NCBI GenBank assembly: GCA_020630175.1
Contig: JAHDBW010000007.1
Span: forward strand, 1 to 39,896
DNA from: Anaerolineales bacterium
GTDB lineage: Bacteria > Chloroflexota > Anaerolineae > Anaerolineales > UBA6668
Length of the DNA stretch: 39,896 nt
Direction of reading: 5' to 3'
Within the stretch, counting starts at the first letter, position 1. The number at the start of each line of letters is the position of its first letter. The notes below the pieces were generated by a model that saw only the letters and a list, made by a program, of their open reading frames with translations, ran no database searches and was not told the DNA's origin. This document shows, one piece after another, positions 37,451-39,896 of the stretch. The translations under genes and the position numbers were made by a program.

Positions 37451-37654
37451 TTAGCGTCCCAGATCCACATCACGATTAAGGATTTTTTTGAGGCGTTTTT
37501 CAAACTTACTACGTGGCAATAACACGCGGCGCGTGCACCCAACGCATTCCAAGCCAATATCTGCACCAATCCGGGTAACTTTCCATTCAAAGCTCCCACA
37601 CGGATGTTGTTTACGCATTTGCACGCGGTCTTCAATCTGTACATCAATCGGCAT
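37451..37654 (-). CDS. DUF951 family small protein
   Basis: DRVQMRKQHPCGSFEWKVTRIGADIGLECVGCTRRVLLPRSKFEKRLK. Start at the ATG at 37654. Confidence 0.88.
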   Translation of the reverse strand: MPIDVQIEDRVQMRKQHPCGSFEWKVTRIGADIGLECVGCTRRVLLPRSKFEKRLKKILNRDVDLGR

Positions 37655-37660
37655 ACTGTG

Positions 37661-37666
37661 ATTATA
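37661..37666 (-). promoter_or_regulatory. -10 box 6 nt upstream of the DUF951 ATG (leaderless arrangement)
   Basis: TATAAT-CACAGT-ATG with no SD. Confidence 0.6.
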
Positions 37667-37906
37667 GGGCAATTTGTAGCAGACAAATCTATAGATAAGC
37701 ACAACTGTCCCAATATTTTTGACAGCATTACTTATAACGTGTGCCATGCGTTGGGGCACATGCTGCTACCGATGGATTTCATTCTGCTAACCAGACCAAT
37801 TGCAATATGTGCTCACACACTTATAACCACAAACCAACAATTTGTATAATAACGACTATAATTTAAGACAGCATGCACAATTTAACGCATGCTGTACTGC
37901 ACAATC

Positions 37907-38422
37907 ATGATCTTTTACCGTGTTCGACAGTTTTTGCAGGCACTAACAGCCCAACTTGATGTCACGCAGTCGCAATCGATTGCAGACTTACTTGGGCCAG
38001 ATCTGACACCGATTTTTGAGCGCTTGAGCCGCGATGAGCAATATCATGCGTGGTGCGTTTGGCAAGACGTGTTGCAATCCAACGCCGATCAAGATTTACA
38101 GCAAGCCGCCTTGTTGCACGACTGTGGCAAAGCTGAGATGCCGCTAACCTTGCTTGACCGCACATGGATTGTGATTGGTAAGACATTTTTCAAATCACAG
38201 TTAAAGCGCTGGGCGCAAGAAGATGTGCGTACAACCCGCTGGCAACGTCCATTTGTGTGCGCCGCCCTGCATCCGAAATGGGGTGCAGATCTAGCCGCTA
38301 ACGCAAACGCCAATGCAAAGGTCGTTTGGCTTATTGCGCATCATCAAGATGCACCGCATAACATTCCAGCCGCTTACAAAGCAGACTACAGCATTCTTGT
38401 AGCTGCAGACAATCGGCACTGA
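37907..38422 (+). CDS. HD-domain phosphohydrolase
   Basis: EQYH, AALLHDCGK, HPKWGA, IAHHQ and AAD. Probable start MIFYRVRQF. Confidence 0.8.
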   Translation: MIFYRVRQFLQALTAQLDVTQSQSIADLLGPDLTPIFERLSRDEQYHAWCVWQDVLQSNADQDLQQAALLHDCGKAEMPLTLLDRTWIVIGKTFFKSQLKRWAQEDVRTTRWQRPFVCAALHPKWGADLAANANANAKVVWLIAHHQDAPHNIPAAYKADYSILVAADNRH

Positions 38423-38467
38423 TAGAGAATTCGCATCACCACGATGCACAAAGAGACAGGAAGACTC

Positions 38468-39673
38468 ATGGCATTTATTCGTAGTAAAGTATTTCGGAAT
38501 ATCGCAGCATTTTTGATCTTGCTCGGCGTTGCAGCTACAGCAGCACCGCAATTGGAAGATCGGCTCACACCGCAAGCAACAGGCGCAACTATTGGGGACG
38601 TGCTACGTCATCAAGGCAATTTTTCAATTTTGCTACAAGCGCTAGAGGCCGCGAATTTGGCATCCGCGATTGACGCGCCCGGCAGCCTAACCATTTTTGC
38701 CCCAACCGATTCAGCATTTAATGCCTTGCCGCCCGGCCAGCTAGAAGCGTTATTGGCAGACCCTAATGCGCTGTATAACGCGCTGAGCTTACACATTGTG
38801 CCAGGCAAATTTGATCTGCAATCGCTCACCACGGTTTCTCATCTACCAACCCAAAGCGGCCAAGCGCTATTCTTCAATATGATTGATGGCGTTTTACTCA
38901 TCAACAATGGTCAACTTTCTCAAGCGAACCTAGAAGCCGCTAACGGCATTGTGCACGTGGTAAACGTCGTCTTGACAATGGATGAACCGGCCCCACCGCC
39001 ACTGCCGGAAGTACAGCCAACTGCGGCTCCAGCGCCGGTCATCGCGCCACCGCCTGCCACGCAAACGTATGTTGTGCAACCGGGCGAATGGCTTTGGAAA
39101 ATCGCTCGGCGGTATGGGCTATCGCTTGACCAGTTGATTGATCTAAACCCAGCATTGCAAGAAAATCCAAACTACGTGCGTGAGGGACAAGTTCTCAACA
39201 TTACTGGCGCGCCAAGCGCACCGCCGGTGGTTACAGACCAAACAATTAGTAGTATGGCTGCCGGTGCCCCACAAGGCGCTAGTATTACCCGCTTGCTTGC
39301 CAGTAACGCCAACTTTGACACGCTCACTGCCGCGCTACGCATTGCCGATCTGCAAGACGTAATGGCGGGGCCGGGGCCACTTACGATGTTCGCGCCAACG
39401 GATGATGCGTTTGCCAAGCTTCCACCAGAAACGTTAGAAGCGTTACTAGCAGATCCAAATCAGCTTCGACGTGTCTTGCAATACCATGTTGTTGCCGGGC
39501 AACTGTATTCTGGTGATGTGGCCAGCGTAGGCACGCTTGCCACCAGTAGCGGCGCGCTTAGCCCAACCGTTACAGGCAATTTACTGCAACTCAATGGGGC
39601 AACCGTTATTGATGCCGATGTACAAGCTGGCAATGGCGTTATTCACGTCATCGATACCGTGCTTGTTCCATAA
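38468..39673 (+). CDS. Secreted FAS1-LysM-FAS1 protein
   Basis: Signal peptide, two fasciclin domains (TIFAPTDSAF...NGIVHVVNVVL and TMFAPTDDAF...NGVIHVIDTVLVP), a Pro-rich linker and LysM (YVVQPGEWLWKIARRYG...LNP...GQVLNI). SD AGGA precedes 38468. Confidence 0.9.
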   Translation: MAFIRSKVFRNIAAFLILLGVAATAAPQLEDRLTPQATGATIGDVLRHQGNFSILLQALEAANLASAIDAPGSLTIFAPTDSAFNALPPGQLEALLADPNALYNALSLHIVPGKFDLQSLTTVSHLPTQSGQALFFNMIDGVLLINNGQLSQANLEAANGIVHVVNVVLTMDEPAPPPLPEVQPTAAPAPVIAPPPATQTYVVQPGEWLWKIARRYGLSLDQLIDLNPALQENPNYVREGQVLNITGAPSAPPVVTDQTISSMAAGAPQGASITRLLASNANFDTLTAALRIADLQDVMAGPGPLTMFAPTDDAFAKLPPETLEALLADPNQLRRVLQYHVVAGQLYSGDVASVGTLATSSGALSPTVTGNLLQLNGATVIDADVQAGNGVIHVIDTVLVP

Positions 39674-39701
39674 ACCAAGCCTGCACATTTCAACTGTAAC
39701 T

Positions 39702-39736
39702 AAAAAGGCGACCGCTGTTAGACGGTCGCCTTTTTT
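39702..39736 (+). terminator. Rho-independent terminator, possibly bidirectional
   Basis: aaaaaggcgaccg-ctgttaga-cggtcgcctttttt. Confidence 0.85.
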
Positions 39737-39896
39737 ATTTAATCGTAAGACTGTCATCTGAGTTCTGGGACTCAGTCAGATCACCCTAGCCTAGTGCAGT
39801 AAACGTAAATCCAATTTGCAAAGGCTGCTTCTGTTGACTTCACCGCGACCAAGATGGTCTCCTTTGCAATAGACCACGAAAAGCCGACCCACCCCT

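Noticed and set aside
39781-39896. 3' end of a minus-strand CDS entering from the right edge
   Set aside because: Two frames are open to different stops and neither is recognisable, so it cannot be assigned from ~110 nt.

Overview
Gene-dense chromosomal window, about 50% GC by eye. It most likely comes from a Chloroflexota (Anaerolineae-like) bacterium. That is an inference from the fused GlyQS, the DnaG 'CFGAC' zinc motif, a SigA with a region-3 insertion, Pro/Thr-rich linkers and a 3-domain S1 paralog. Every gene from 1 to ~37.7 kb is on the minus strand. In transcription order: DUF951, GNAT, DnaJ-like, HtrA, two family-5 peptide-binding proteins with an Opp/Dpp ABC transporter, tRNA-Gln(UUG), glmU, cdd, recO, alpha/beta hydrolase, glyQS, dnaG, rpoD, a MoxR/DUF58 cluster, purine nucleoside phosphorylase, a membrane Ig-like protein, a SatA-like GNAT, a 7TM-GAF-HTH membrane regulator, an S1 paralog, ftsK, a CoxD-like MoxR and tag. 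An HD-domain protein and a FAS1-LysM-FAS1 protein are divergent on the plus strand. No integrase, transposase, prophage or CRISPR array is visible. The best leads are (i) a kinase-less 7TM-GAF-HTH one-component module with neighbouring GNAT, Ig-like and S1 genes, (ii) inverted 7-nt and 4-nt repeat arrays abutting start codons of core genes, (iii) a structured, terminator-containing leader upstream of the main peptide-binding protein, and (iv) a candidate LexA box at ftsK. Novelty cannot be confirmed without database searches.
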